Origin: Eledone cirrhosa
Taxonomy: Eukaryota
DNA length: 64,000 nucleotides
NCBI GenBank assembly: GCA_964016885.1
Contig: OZ024745.1
Span: 38,440,001-38,504,000, forward strand
Direction: 5' to 3'
Shown: positions 27,526 to 40,864 of the stretch, piece after piece
Layout of the letters: each line of letters starts with the position of its first letter
Numbering within the stretch: position 1 is the stretch's first letter
Position numbers and translations under genes: made by a program
The notes under the pieces: generated by a model
The model's database searches: none
Told to the model about the DNA's origin: nothing
Seen by the model: only the letters and a program-made list of their open reading frames with translations

Positions 27526-28764
27526 ATCGTATGGGATTACGTGTTTATACGCGTATTTCAGCGATTGTGTATGAAACAACCTTATGCAATAATACAAATT
27601 ACAAAGTTAAAAAAAGGCAAATGGAATGCAATGGTGTACATATCGTCTTTCAGTCTTCAATCTCCATAATATTAACGTTCAGTCAGTGGTGCATAGAAAA
27701 CACCGGGGAATTATGGAAATGGATGGCAGGTACCTTACAATAAGCTGGAAGATTACCACTATATAATATTACCAAATAATATCTTGTACCATGATTATAA
27801 AGCACAAAGCAACCAGCAAAATAATAGAGAGATGGAATGAATGTAGAAGATTCAAAGACGGTTTGAGAGTACGATAGAGGGGTTGAGGGAGAGATTGAGG
27901 GGTGCAAAGAGGACATGTGAGAGTGGGATAAGCAGAGTAGAATAAAAAGGCTATTGAAGAAACGAGAATTTATGAGTTAAAAGTTAAGATAGGTAAGGGT
28001 TACACAATGGGTATTATCAATGTGACTGTTATTGCTTCTTAAAATTAAATGGTCATAGAAACACGAATGTCACCCTAGTTAAATGTATGACTGTCATATG
28101 TAAACAATGTAGAAATATTACAGCCATAGACACTTGTATGATCATAATATATGAATACATACGTACACAGTATCATAAGTACAGAATATATTCAAAGCAG
28201 ATATTTAAAATAAACATAGAAAATAAATTAAATTCCACAACGATACATATCAAAGTAAGCGTCGATTTCTTCTGGTGATGCTAAAATCTCAATCTCTCCA
28301 TTTACATCTGCCATGAAGCCTACAAGTATAACGTGGATATTTCATCGATATTGCACAAATAATGCTGCAATAAATTTTAAAATTCACCGAATCAGTCTAT
28401 ATATTCTGTATAAAGAAACTGAACCTCGCAACAATAAATGTACGGAGCAAATATTTAATATTAGCTGGTATTTTCAATATCAGAGGACCACATTTTTTGG
28501 GGAAAAAAAACATCGCATAATATTCATCTACATCCTGAGTGAAAAAATTCCTCCAGGGAATACCATATAACCCACATATACTCGGATGTGTTGCTGCCAA
28601 CAAAACTGTTATTGAGTGAGCATACTTAGCGCTGAATCCTTAAACGTGATTTACATACATACACAAACTCTTTCTCTCTGTGTCTCTGTCTCTCCTCTCT
28701 CACTCACTCCTTCTCCCCCTCTTTCTCTCTACACATACAACCTCCCCCACAAACACACACACAA

Positions 28765-28851
<87 letters not shown>

Positions 28852-29005
28852 GCAACATTGCCATATAGAGGTGCATGAGTTTCGTAGGTTAAGTAACATT
28901 TCTAAAATATATCCAATACGAGTAAAAATGAATATAGGAAACAGAGTTGAAAATACAATTGGAGTCTTTACGAAGGTTTATTTACAACAACTTATATATA
29001 TATAT

Positions 29006-29037
<32 letters not shown>

Positions 29038-29815
29038 GGGGGGGGGGGGTTGAGTGTATGTGTGTGTGTGTAATGTATGCTTTACTTTAATAATTTTCTT
29101 CAGCAACACATATATATATCTGTTATTTATATTTTTATTCATATAAAGTGAAATATTTTATACATTAACGTTGAACGTGTTTTCTGAAAGATTTTCCATA
29201 TTACGAATGTTTGATTCTCTGTACGATTATAATCGTTTCAAAGACAGTGTACTTTTGCAGCACCTACTTTGATATTACTGACTCCAAGAAAATGTGTTAA
29301 AGTTCTATCTATGACAAATTGTTTAGTGTACTAAAATGATTTTCAGACAGGAAGGAATATCACCGAAACCAACAACAATAGAATAACATTTGAACACAAT
29401 ACATTTTATAGATTATTGTAAGGAAAAGTATCCTCTATCTGATACTTTCGTATATCCAGTAACAATGCCTCAAATTGTGCAAGTAATGGTGATTCATACG
29501 TGACTTGTTCATGTCTACATAATCACATACACTTGATTTGAGCATATAGACGAATGTATTTCCAGTGCATACAAGGCAATAGATATACGTAAAGGTAGAC
29601 TCGGACACAGAAAAACATACTTACGCACACACGACAGGATCGTACGCCTCTATTCATCAACAATCGCATACAAAACACATTTACCAATCAATCAGCCAGT
29701 GTGATAGAAACACATAGACATCAAAATATACATTGTGCACCGATCTGCACTGGCGTCTATAATATACACACTCAAACCCATTTAGATACACAACATATTA
29801 ACACACAACACACAT

Positions 29816-29846
<31 letters not shown>

Positions 29847-29880
29847 TACACACAAACACACATATATATATATATATATA

Positions 29881-29918
<38 letters not shown>

Positions 29919-29919
29919 C

Positions 29920-29973
<54 letters not shown>

Positions 29974-30008
29974 TGATGTGTGTGTGCGTGTATATAAATA
30001 TATATATA

Positions 30009-32068
30009 GATAAAATAAAATAACAGGAGGCTGGACTGGTGTAAATCCGTGAAATGTGTATTATACTATGATCATTTCAATGACCGGGTTCCATATGAAT
30101 CCGGTGATATCATCAGGTATTGGAATATAACAAAGGAATATGTAAAAAACCATGGGTCCGAAAAATCAGAGACAGAGACAAAGAGGACGACTGACCAACT
30201 AGCTGCTCTGCCAGTCGCCCTCAAAGTGGTGGCACTGAATCTACTAATGAACATCTGGTGAGGGGGCGAAGGCTTATAATGCACTACCACCTCTCCGTCA
30301 AAGAAAAAGTGGAAGAAAGAAAGTGAGAAAGAAGTCAGTGTGAGGGTCACACTACATTCATGCTAGAAAATGCCGCGAACAAATGCTACTCCAAAGAATC
30401 TATAATGGGTGTCTGTATGGTCTAATGTGTGAACCGAAGATTGGAACGTTAAACTTATGTTGCGAGTTATAGGATGAAATTAAATTAAATTAAGAATATT
30501 AAATTGCAAAATGATAAATTGAAAAATAAGTTATTAGAGAATTAGAGGTTATGATAACGAGATTTATTTATTTAATGAAGTTACGGAGAGAGTCTTATAT
30601 GAAAAAATGTATCTCGATAAGACATTAGGATGGGATATAGAGTAAAGATTTCGATTGTGATTCCCAGCCAGCTGCCCCTTTATTAATTTTTTTTATTATT
30701 TCATTAATGTATATTTTTTTTATTATTTTATTATTTTATTATATTTTTTATTATTTTATTAATGTATTTTTATCAATAGAAGGATGGGGGAAGAAGGAAA
30801 TATAGATATAAAAGATCTTACGTCTACATTTGCAAGCAGGGGTTAACCATTACAAAATCGGCAAGTGGGGTGTTATAGCCCTAGTCTACCCCCCGGGTCA
30901 TTATGGGGTTTGAGGGCGAGGTAAGTCCTACGCAATCTGTGTTTACATGCAGTTACCAGTTCATCTTTCTTGTTTAGGAGTTGGTCCGTCGAAAACAGCA
31001 TTTGTAAAGTTTCCTCCGAGCATAAATTGCACGGACGGCGTCCTCCCGTGTAAGAGTTGGCTCTGGACAGTAAGCTCCAAGTGAGATCATAGGTAATATT
31101 GTTATCCTTGAGGTGCCATATGTGGCCCGAAAGTGTAGTGGTGCCACGCCGGGCCGGGTTTCGGAAGGTATGTCTGTGTTGGTATAGCCGTGTCTTGAAA
31201 CCACATGCGGTTAATCCTATATAAGCTTTGTTGGAGGTGTCCGTCCTCACGTTGCACTGGTAGATCACATTACGATCTCTGCATCTGTTGTCGAGGGGGC
31301 AAATGGATCCATCAGGACAGTTGCACCTCCTGGTCGGCTCTCCACTGCTATTTATGTTATTTCTTCCATAGGGGTTGAGTTTTTGTTGTTAGAGGAGACG
31401 ATGTTTTGTGCAAAGTTTGGTGTGGTGCTGTAGGAGAGTTTGATGGTATTTTTGTTAATTGTGTTGTGGTAGCCGTGTTGTAGTGGGAAGTGTTTTTCAA
31501 TGAGCCTAAAGAAGATTTTCCCGATAGGAGTTGCGGGGAGGATTGAACCATGTTACATTGCGTCAGCGGCGGTGTCGCCTGCTGGTTCCGCTAATGGAAG
31601 CTGGACAGTAGGATATTTCCTCCCGGAAACCACTCCGCTTGAGGGCCTGGTTGTAATAAGGCGCATCTTCCTCGAATATCTGCTCATTAGCTGACAAACG
31701 AGATATGCGGAGGGAGATGTTTTTAACCAGGTTATTGGTGATGTTCCTAGGATGGTTTGACCGGCGGTGGATGTAGTGCAGGTTGTCGTTGGGTTTTCTG
31801 TATGGGTAGTACAGATCATTGTCGAGGTCAAGGGTAACGTCCAGGAAGTTTCTCGGGTCAGGGACGTTTGTAGGTTTATTTTAAATCCCCAGTCGCGGAA
31901 GAAGCTGATTAATTGTTTACGGACCCGATCTGTACTACTGGAGTTGTACCCTTTAAGGGTAAGGAGCCCATCATCACGGTACAATCCACCGCCGAATGCC
32001 GGAAACATATGCGTGAGTTTGGCTATTAGGAATAATCCTATAAGATCTGTGACCTCAGCCGAATCCGT
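30009..32068 (-). mobile_element. Penelope-like element, 5'-truncated, frameshifted (second PLE family)
   Basis: DSAEVTDLIG, GGLYRDDGL, PYRKPND in the RT. Linker CNC..CPL..C. GIY-YIG IYQC..AYIGLT..R..H, then CNLC.EE, LLNK. The 3' UTR ends in (TA)n at ~30008. Confidence 0.92.
30063..30120 (-). ncRNA. Type I hammerhead ribozyme in PLE 3' pLTR
   Basis: atac CTGATGA t-atcaccggattc atatg gaacccggtcat-t GAAA tgatca TA gtat. Stem III palindrome ATGATCAT. Confidence 0.87.
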
Positions 32069-32864
32069 AGCGGTGGTATCTTTGCTTTAATTTCTCGTAT
32101 ATCAGTATTTTTGTGTGTGTGTGTGGGGGGGGGGGATTCTGAATTAATTTTCCGTATCAAATTTTACATATACTCTGTACGAGCATTTATGTAGTTTGCA
32201 CTAGAATTTGTGTATCGTGGCGGCACCCTTAGAGATAGTATTAGTATTCTTTTTCGGGATTCTGAATTATTATTCCGTATTAGTTTATTTTTTTTTGCAC
32301 TGGGTGGTTGCTGGCCTTGTGCCTGGAGTAGAAACCTTTATTTCGTACTGGTCTCGGGATTCTGAATTATTATTTCGTGGTTGTTTCTTTAGTATTTTGG
32401 ACCCCACTTGTTGACCCGTCACCGTAAGATATACTCGGTTGATTAATTATACCTCTTAAAAGGGTCTCATTATAATACCGTCCCACGTAGTAAACCTTTC
32501 TTTAGTCTAGCAGTAACAGTGAGATACTTGATAGCTGTCCTTAGGTCATTGTAACCAGAAATTGTTTTTTTTTACATTTAATTGTTTTTTAAAACTCTTA
32601 GTATTTTTCTACATATTTACAACATATTGTTTTACTTATTGTTTCGAGTTCCTCCCCCTCCCTAGTATCTTCTTTGACCTCCTGCCCAGCTGTAGTTGGC
32701 ACTATCACCGCACGACTGGGTTTCCTCCACCCCTCTCCCTCTTTCTTCTACTGGCAGGTTCAGCTACCCCTTCCCTCCACAAATTACCATGATATAATTA
32801 TTATCTCTCAACAACAAACTTTTGACCAATCCTTGTGACAATCATTTTTACCATATATGGAATT

Positions 32865-33051
32865 ACCCCCTGAGAAGCTCGGCTATTCATATACCAGGAT
32901 AAAAATGTTCATTTAGTCCAGAATTAGCCGTCGAAATGGCTTGAGCTCAGCCATCGGTGTCCTACTCGTTCCTATTACCCACTCTACTACCCTAAGTATT
33001 GAGTACTTTGGTGCGTTATGGTCCACCTGGTTCCTTACCACATTTCCTTCG

Positions 33052-33053
<2 letters not shown>
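32865..33053 (+). mobile_element. PLE-type 3' terminus with degenerate HHR (32865-32960); family also at 37408-37569, 38994-39085, 40653-40864
   Basis: acccc CTGAGAA g..cggcta/tagccg..c GAAA tggc ttgagctca gcca TC ggtgt. Shared tail gtgcgttatggtcca..tggttcctt..caca.ttccttcgtt(AT)n. Confidence 0.75.
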
Positions 33054-33089
<36 letters not shown>

Positions 33090-33110
33090 ACATATATATA
33101 TATATGTATG

Positions 33111-33141
<31 letters not shown>

Positions 33142-33152
33142 ATATATATATG

Positions 33153-33224
<72 letters not shown>

Positions 33225-33241
33225 ATGTATATATATATATG

Positions 33242-33306
<65 letters not shown>

Positions 33307-33308
33307 AT

Positions 33309-33927
33309 ACAGATAAATCCACCAATTAATGGTAGGGTCCAAGCTGTATGAAGAACTCAATGTAATCCGTATGTAGAAGATATCGTGAAGTAAAGTTTAA
33401 AATACAAAATTTCAACGTTATAATTCTTTGGAAGCAGAGTCAAAATAATACAAATAGTGAATTACAATGAAATTAAACAAAACACGTGTAATTCATAGTA
33501 AAACTCATTATTTTACGATCGTTTCTGGGGGGTAGTTCTCCGTATGTTCATTCTATTAGTGATCTATGTAAAATATATTACAAATTATCAAATTAAGAAT
33601 ATATACATACCTCTTCCCTACCCGCCGTCTTCAGAAATAATGAGTTTTTTTTTTTATTGAAGAATATAAAAATAAGGTTGAGATTGACCAATAGTAAAAA
33701 ATAGCAAGAATAGGAAGGGGCAAAATAGATCATTAAGCTGGTAGTAGTAGATGAATAAATTAGCAGTCAGGGGATGAGGTATCGAATGACCTTTAAGAAA
33801 AGAAAGTTGCGAGTGTAAAGGAATTTAGACAGATTGTATAGAAAAGTGTGGAGAGTCAAGGAAGATTAAAGTTGAAGGAAAAGGGGTGCATATATCAGTG
33901 TGTTATATCCAGTAGAATAGTATAGAA
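33309..33927 (-). mobile_element. Second copy of the long-stem-II HHR element, interrupted by a hAT
   Basis: Terminus homologous to 19223-19290. AG-rich flank appears to resume after 36367. Confidence 0.72.
33500..33648 (-). ncRNA. Type I hammerhead with 14-bp stem I and 102-nt stem II
   Basis: aaaactcattattt CTGAAGA c-ggcgggtag..gtatgt...acatac..ctacccccc-a GAAA cgatcg TA aaataatgagtttt. Confidence 0.85.
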
Positions 33928-36359
33928 CAAAGGTTCTCAATGGTGGGCATAAGCTCCCCCGGTGGGCGTTTCCGAACTCCAGGGGGCGTTTGGGAGCAAA
34001 GTCGCGTTAGGGTGGCGGTGGGGGCGTTGAATGCTCTTTATTTTGGTAAGTTTTATAAGACATATTTGTATGTCTTTGAGTCAGCCAGTGTGAATGCATT
34101 TGAATGAGCTTCCAGACAGCATAACTATAGCCTGACTACAGGCGTGTGCGGTAATTGAGACATTACCCGGTAATTGATATCCTAAAAATGGTAGAAGCCC
34201 ACAGTCAACTGGGTCAAGTACACTTTGAACGCAGCCAGTTAGAATCTTATCTTTCCTTCACCCATAACAATGTATGAAATTATTGACTCAGCCGTAACGA
34301 GATAACACTACGTAAATCTATTTTATTCCCTATTGTATAAATATTATTACAAATAAAAAAAGAAAAGAAAATCAGAAGCGGGTAGCACACATATCTAGGA
34401 CCACATACAACACATAATCAGATAATACACACATCTAGGACAACATACAACACATAAGCAGGTAATACACACATCTAGAGCCACATGCAACACTAAGGAG
34501 GTAACACACACATATAGGACCACATAAAACACACAAGCAGGTAATACATACATCTAGGACCACATACAATACATAAGCAAGTAATACAAAAATCTAAGAC
34601 CACATACAACACAATCAGGTAATACATACAGCTGGGACCACATGCAATACATAAGCAGGTAATACATACATCTAGGACTATATACAACACACAGGCAGGT
34701 AATATATACATCTAGGACCACATACAACGCACATTGTATCATGTGCTACGGACGACGCAATAGCAATGGTCGGCAAACATAAGGGTTTCGTCACTCTTCT
34801 GAAAAGAGAAAATCTATCTGTATTTGCTGTTCATTGTGTCATTCATCGACAACACTTGGCTGCGAAGAAACTCAGCAAGCCGCTGAGCAAGTAATTGCAG
34901 GTGGCCATTGATGTCATCAATATTATCAAACGGCATTCCCTGAATGAAGGAATTTTCCGGCAACTGTATCAAGATAATGACGAAGAATTCGTCAAGTTGC
35001 TCCTTCATACTGAAGTGAGGTGCCTTTCAAAGGGCAAGTAATTTACTCACTTCTTTTAACTCTTCGACTCTATCATTGAGTTTCTGCGAGGTCGCAACAC
35101 AGAACTGTACAAGAAAACCCTCGATGTGAGGCAAGATTGCGCCTACCTCACCAACATCATCGAAAGGAATCTTTGTTGACGGGAACTCTATAATGTTCCT
35201 AGTGTCGCCAATGTTCAACACATTGTAAGCGATGACCAACTCCAAATTTATACCACTCAACTCCGTGCGCTACAATACAACATGAGAGAACGTTGTGTCG
35301 ACCTTTTGCCGATCCGATGGACATCCCAATGTGGATAGCAGAACCCTTCATAGCTAACGTCGACGATTTGGACATTACATTTCAGAAAGAATTCATTGAA
35401 CTTCAAACAGATGACATGATCAAAATTAGATTTCCCAAAATAGGTGAACCTCTTTTGGGGATGCAAGATGAAATTCAGCGTTGATTTCCACACCTACATG
35501 CAGAGACTAAGATATTTGCTCTGCCTTTTCCAAGCTCATACTTAGTCGAAAGTAGGTTGGGTGCTGTTTCCAGACTGCACAGTAAGGCTCGCAACCGCTA
35601 CAATGTAATTACATGTGGAGATCTCTCGCTACTTCTTAGGAAAATTCAACCTCATGTCAAAGAGTTAGCTAGACACCATGAAGATAAAGGGTCCCATTGA
35701 AATGAATCAAAGTTAAAGTAAGTTGATTTATTCGAAGCCTTGTATATGCTATTGTTACAAAGCAAACTAACAATTTTTTTTATTTGTAGTTGCAGTCTGA
35801 CTAGACTGGAAGCCATCTACTACAATTCAATTACTCATTTGTTGTATATATTTTACCATTTATTAATAAATATACCCTCCCGCGTGGTCATTAAAACCGT
35901 CTTCCGTGGTCTCTAAGCTCAGAAAGCAGAGAGGACATCGAGTTAGATATCAACATATATTCTGTCCGTTTCATTAAAGGGAAAATTGGAAAGCTTTGAA
36001 ATGATATAATTGCCACTTTCTTCCAGATAAGAGCACTCTTTGGATAGACAGAATTGCTCTTGAATAAATGTTCAAAATAACTGGTATCGCCAGGTGGGAA
36101 TATAACAAATTCAACTGGTCCTTATTCATAAAAAGGAAAATTTATGTTCCTTTTTTTGAAATTTATATATTTCCTTTCAAGGAATGTATTTATACTCTCA
36201 GCTGCCTGCAATGGTATCTTAGGAATATTGTTAATCAATTTTTTAGTAATCTACTGATATCAAAATCAGTAGTATATTGAAAAATGGAAAAATAGGGCAA
36301 GGGCGTTTGTGATTTCGAGGGACAAATGGGTTTTGGCCTAAATGGGTTGAGAACCTGTG
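33928..36359 (+). mobile_element. hAT (Charlie/Buster-type) DNA transposon, defective
   Basis: 13-bp TIRs caaaggttctcaa / ttgagaacctgtg. 8-bp TSD gtatagaa (33920-33927, 36360-36367). Transposase remnant 34735-35700: CATDDAIAMVG, HCVIHRQHL, LPFPSSYLVES, KARNR. Confidence 0.93.
34378..34732. repeat. ~40-bp minisatellite, ~9 copies, inside the hAT
   Basis: Unit gcaggtaatacacacatctaggaccacatacaacacataa. Confidence 0.92.
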
Positions 36360-37179
36360 GTATAGAACAATCCTAAATATTTGTTTTTTCTTTGTTCAAG
36401 AGGTATAATTTGTTCTAAAAATAGAACAAGTAGAGGAATATAGATGGGACCAAAGAAAAGTAAAACGTAGATAAACAAATATATAGGTAATAAAATAATA
36501 AAATTTGTGTAAGTATTGTATTGTATTAGAGTGGTCAGAATGAAGTTTTACCTGTAGAGAATTTCATATATATATATATATATGTGTATATATGTGTGTG
36601 CATATATAAAGAGAACAACATACACAATTATATACAAATTCATACATCCAAGAATGTTTCATGCTCTACAATTGTTCTTTATGGTAAAAAGGAAAAGAAA
36701 TTCACTGAAAGAACGCTATTAGATCTAATTTTTAAAGGATCCTTTTCTAAAACATTAATCGCTGTAAAGCCAAGGTAATATTGCAAGTTACCAAAAATGC
36801 GTTAATTTTCCCTGTATAAAAACTTGTTTAGTGTAACTTAGACGATATTCACAGAGGAAGAAATATCACCAAAAACGACAAGTGGATACCAGTAGAAAGA
36901 ATTTATTCTATATCGAAGGTCTTCAAAATTGTCTTGTCTTTTGATATGCAAATCAATGTTTCAAATTTTGCAATTAATGACATTTCACTACCGATTTTAC
37001 AACAAAGCATGAACATGGACACACATGGACACACATGAGAGGCACAGAAATTTATTCGCGTACGATCGAACACATATTTACATGAAATGGTGGTTGACGC
37101 AAGTATTTGCAGGTCCGTACAACACGCAGACACGGACTTAGAGCAACACCATCATCTACGCACAATAGGAGTATATGCA

Positions 37180-37247
<68 letters not shown>

Positions 37248-37260
37248 CACACACGCACTC

Positions 37261-37602
<342 letters not shown>

Positions 37603-37766
37603 CATTCATACCAGGGGTGAAGGGTCCGTGTATGCAACGCATGCAGTGCATGCGTTATAGAATCTTGAGTTGAGCAATTGCGTCGGTTGAAGCAAGCATA
37701 ATTTTGGCTGCTTACTAAAACGTATAGACACAGAAATAGATAACACACACATACACACACACACAA

Positions 37767-37797
<31 letters not shown>

Positions 37798-37959
37798 CAC
37801 GCACAGACACACACACACAAAGTAATAAAAGTATTAATGATAATATATGTATGTATGTATGTATGTATGAATTTCATACATACATACATACATACATACA
37901 TACACACATTATCATTATTACATTTATCCCTTTTGTAGATACAAAATGCAATAGAGTAT

Positions 37960-38300
37960 TTAGTCATTAGTCAAGTCAAAACTATGATCTAAGACAGATA
38001 ATTTTTCACTTAAAATGAGCGCAGTGCCTAGCAATGCTGTTTTCTGTATGACACCAATCGTGTGTGATATTTCTATCCGCTTAAAGAAGTCTTGGAGTTT
38101 CAGCATGATTGACAATCATGCCCCGTTCACAAATGGTATTACTTTCAAATTATCCTCTCCCATTTCACATTGTTGTGCCATCTCCAATTCAATTCGGAGT
38201 AATTGAAAATTTTTAAAATGTCTTTTCTCGCAATATTCATGTGATTTGATATGGCTTTGTCTATGTTCTGAGAGCATTTTTATTTAATATTCAAAACCAC
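37960..38300 (-). mobile_element. R4-like retrotransposon 3' remnant
   Basis: Minus strand reads GVIQKTALLGTALIL, similar to the C-terminus of the element at 1-1283. Confidence 0.6.
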
Positions 38301-38312
38301 ACAGTTCGGTCA

Positions 38313-38954
38313 GTTTGTAACTCACTTTTGTATGACTGACGCTTAAACAATTAAGTTAAAAATGTACATCCACATATGTATACTGAAATACTAGTATGCA
38401 TATGAATACACACACGTGTACATATGTAGATGTACCGAGTTTTTCACTGGACACTTTACTGTGAGTGGATGTACATTTTTAACTTAATTGTTTAAGCGTC
38501 AGTCATACAAAAGTGAGTTACAAACGAAACGAAATTTTATTTCGTTTCGTTATTTGTTTTTATCGTCTCCGCTGAACCGGTACGTACTCACGCTCTATGC
38601 AAATTAGTCTGCCCACTACTAATTTTCATAGAAAAAGCATATAACGATATGTGCTTTTACGATTCTCTAGACAGGCCGGAAGATAGGTAAATATTGCTGA
38701 TGAGATGTAACAACATCGAAACTAGTCCACTATTCCTGTCTGGCTTTCTGGAGAATAGAGGAAAGGTGTTTCCTCGAAAACCAGTATGACTCTAAAAACC
38801 GGTTTGTCTGTGTGTTTACATACAGAATAGCTGGACACTCACAGTAAAGTGTCCAGTGAAAAACTCGGTACATCTACATATGTACACGTGTGTGTATTCA
38901 TATGCATACTAGTATTTCAGTATACATATGTAGATGTACATTTTTAACTTAATT

Positions 38955-38959
<5 letters not shown>
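38313..38959 (+). mobile_element. Retrozyme-like element: 465-nt monomer with terminal redundancy and inverted 5' piece
   Basis: gatgtacatttttaacttaattgttta occurs at 38468 and 38933. 38313-38467 is an inverted copy. One HHR. Ends in (TA)n. Confidence 0.85.
38690..38734 (+). ncRNA. Type I hammerhead ribozyme
   Basis: aatattg CTGATGA gatgt aaca acatc GAAA ctag TC cactatt. Stem I extends outward (agatagg/cctgtct). Confidence 0.92.
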
Positions 38960-38996
<37 letters not shown>

Positions 38997-39082
38997 CTTT
39001 TTCTATTACCCACTCTACTACCCTAAATATTGAGTACTCAGTTGCGTTATGGTCCAACTGGTTCCCTACCACAATTCCTTCG

Positions 39083-39122
<40 letters not shown>

Positions 39123-39123
39123 A

Positions 39124-39183
<60 letters not shown>

Positions 39184-40579
39184 TATGTATATATATATGC
39201 GTTCGTATGGGCGTTTATGTGTACAACTGAACGTAACGATGTGTGTATTTCCCCAATGAAAAATATATTATCATTGTCATGGTCATTAGTGTAATAAGGG
39301 CTGTGATTAGTAATACGCCACCCCCACCAACGCCACACACACACTATTTTCCGATAACGCAAACCTTCAGTTACCAACAAATCCATGTATGTTCCGTTGT
39401 CATTAAAAAAGACCCCTCTCTATCTCTGTTCCAGACATAGAAACCCATGCACTTTCTTTCACTTTCAACACACACACACACACACACACAAACAACCCCC
39501 CCACATACATACACGCCCATACCCCCCCCTATATATATATATATATATATTGTATTGTATTAATATTGTATTAATTATTATAAATATATATATATATATA
39601 TATGTCTATCGGTCTGTCTATATATCTTTCTATGACTCTATCTATCAACTATCTATGCATAAATAATCAATAGTTATGAACCAATACATTGGTACACATA
39701 TTTAATTCTAACTTACCGCCATACGCCTCATAACCCTGTGGCAACATGTAAACGCTTCACAAATGAATGTAATCATGACTTTAAATAATCCAAAATCTAA
39801 TTGCCTGTAATAGTAGAATAATTGTAGCTCGAAACTGAATCAATTCATTATTTCAATATATTTATTACAGATTGTTATTGTAGGCATTTTGTGGTAATTT
39901 AAACAGTCTTAAGTAATTATTTTCAATTTTGATCTGCTACAACAGTTTTACTCTTCTCTGTTCAATCCCCCGCAGGGTGAGAGCGAAACAGTAATTGAAT
40001 CTATAACCGTCTTTAGAAATATAATCAATGATTGTAGAGGGATAAGTTGCATTATATCACATATGCGTTATATCATGCATGTCGTATATGAGCCAGTAAT
40101 CAATACATTACTATCTACAAGACAACGTGTGAGCGACTAATGCCTCTCAACCTACTAGAAATAGTAGACGATGAACGTATTGTCGCAATATTACGTCAAA
40201 ATAGTATTACTGTAATTAGTGAAACATTGTACTTCGAATTAGGGAGGTATATAGCGCAATAATATTGCATGTGAAGTTTATTCAGGGTAACCTATATATG
40301 CCGTGGTGTATTCATGACATCCAAGGAGCCTCGAATATGCTATTTGACCAACTAGAATGAATAGCCAAATAACTTACTTATCATATCTTAACTTTTTAAT
40401 TATAGATTTCTAATTCATGATTCCCAGTACATAAATAATAAGGCAAGTGTCCTAGTGATCAGGGACTGAGATCAGGGCCACGTGGATACAATCATATAAA
40501 CTGACATAGACACAGACAAACGGTTAGGTAGTCACTGAACAATTTTGGAATAATATTTATTGATACTGCATGTGAGAAC

Positions 40580-40652
<73 letters not shown>

Positions 40653-40656
<4 letters not shown>

Positions 40657-40864
40657 AAACAGTATGACCCCGACGGCAGAGCGCAAGCCGTTTCGACGGC
40701 TATTTCTGGGCTAAATTAGAATTTAGCCCAGAAATAGCCGTCGAAACGGCTTGAGCTCTGCCGTCGGGGTCATACTTTTTCCTATTTCCCACTCCCACAA
40801 CCCTCAGTATTGAGTACTCTAGTGCGTTATGGTCCATCTGGTTCCTTAGCACAATTCCTTTGTT
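40653..40864 (+). mobile_element. Copy of the 32.9-kb family with ~65-bp-arm hairpin
   Basis: 40653-40784 is a near-perfect palindrome containing only the HHR 3' half (GAAA cggc ttgagctct gccg TC ggggtc). In (TA)n. Confidence 0.87.

Noticed and set aside
27540-27660. HHR-like motif on minus strand (CTGAAAGA...GAAA tacgcgta TA)
   Set aside because: Palindromic stem III is present, but the core has an extra base and there is no stem I; at best a decayed relic, not counted.
34378-34732. 40-bp repeats resembling a CRISPR array
   Set aside because: Head-to-tail units with no unique spacers, located inside a hAT in eukaryotic DNA.
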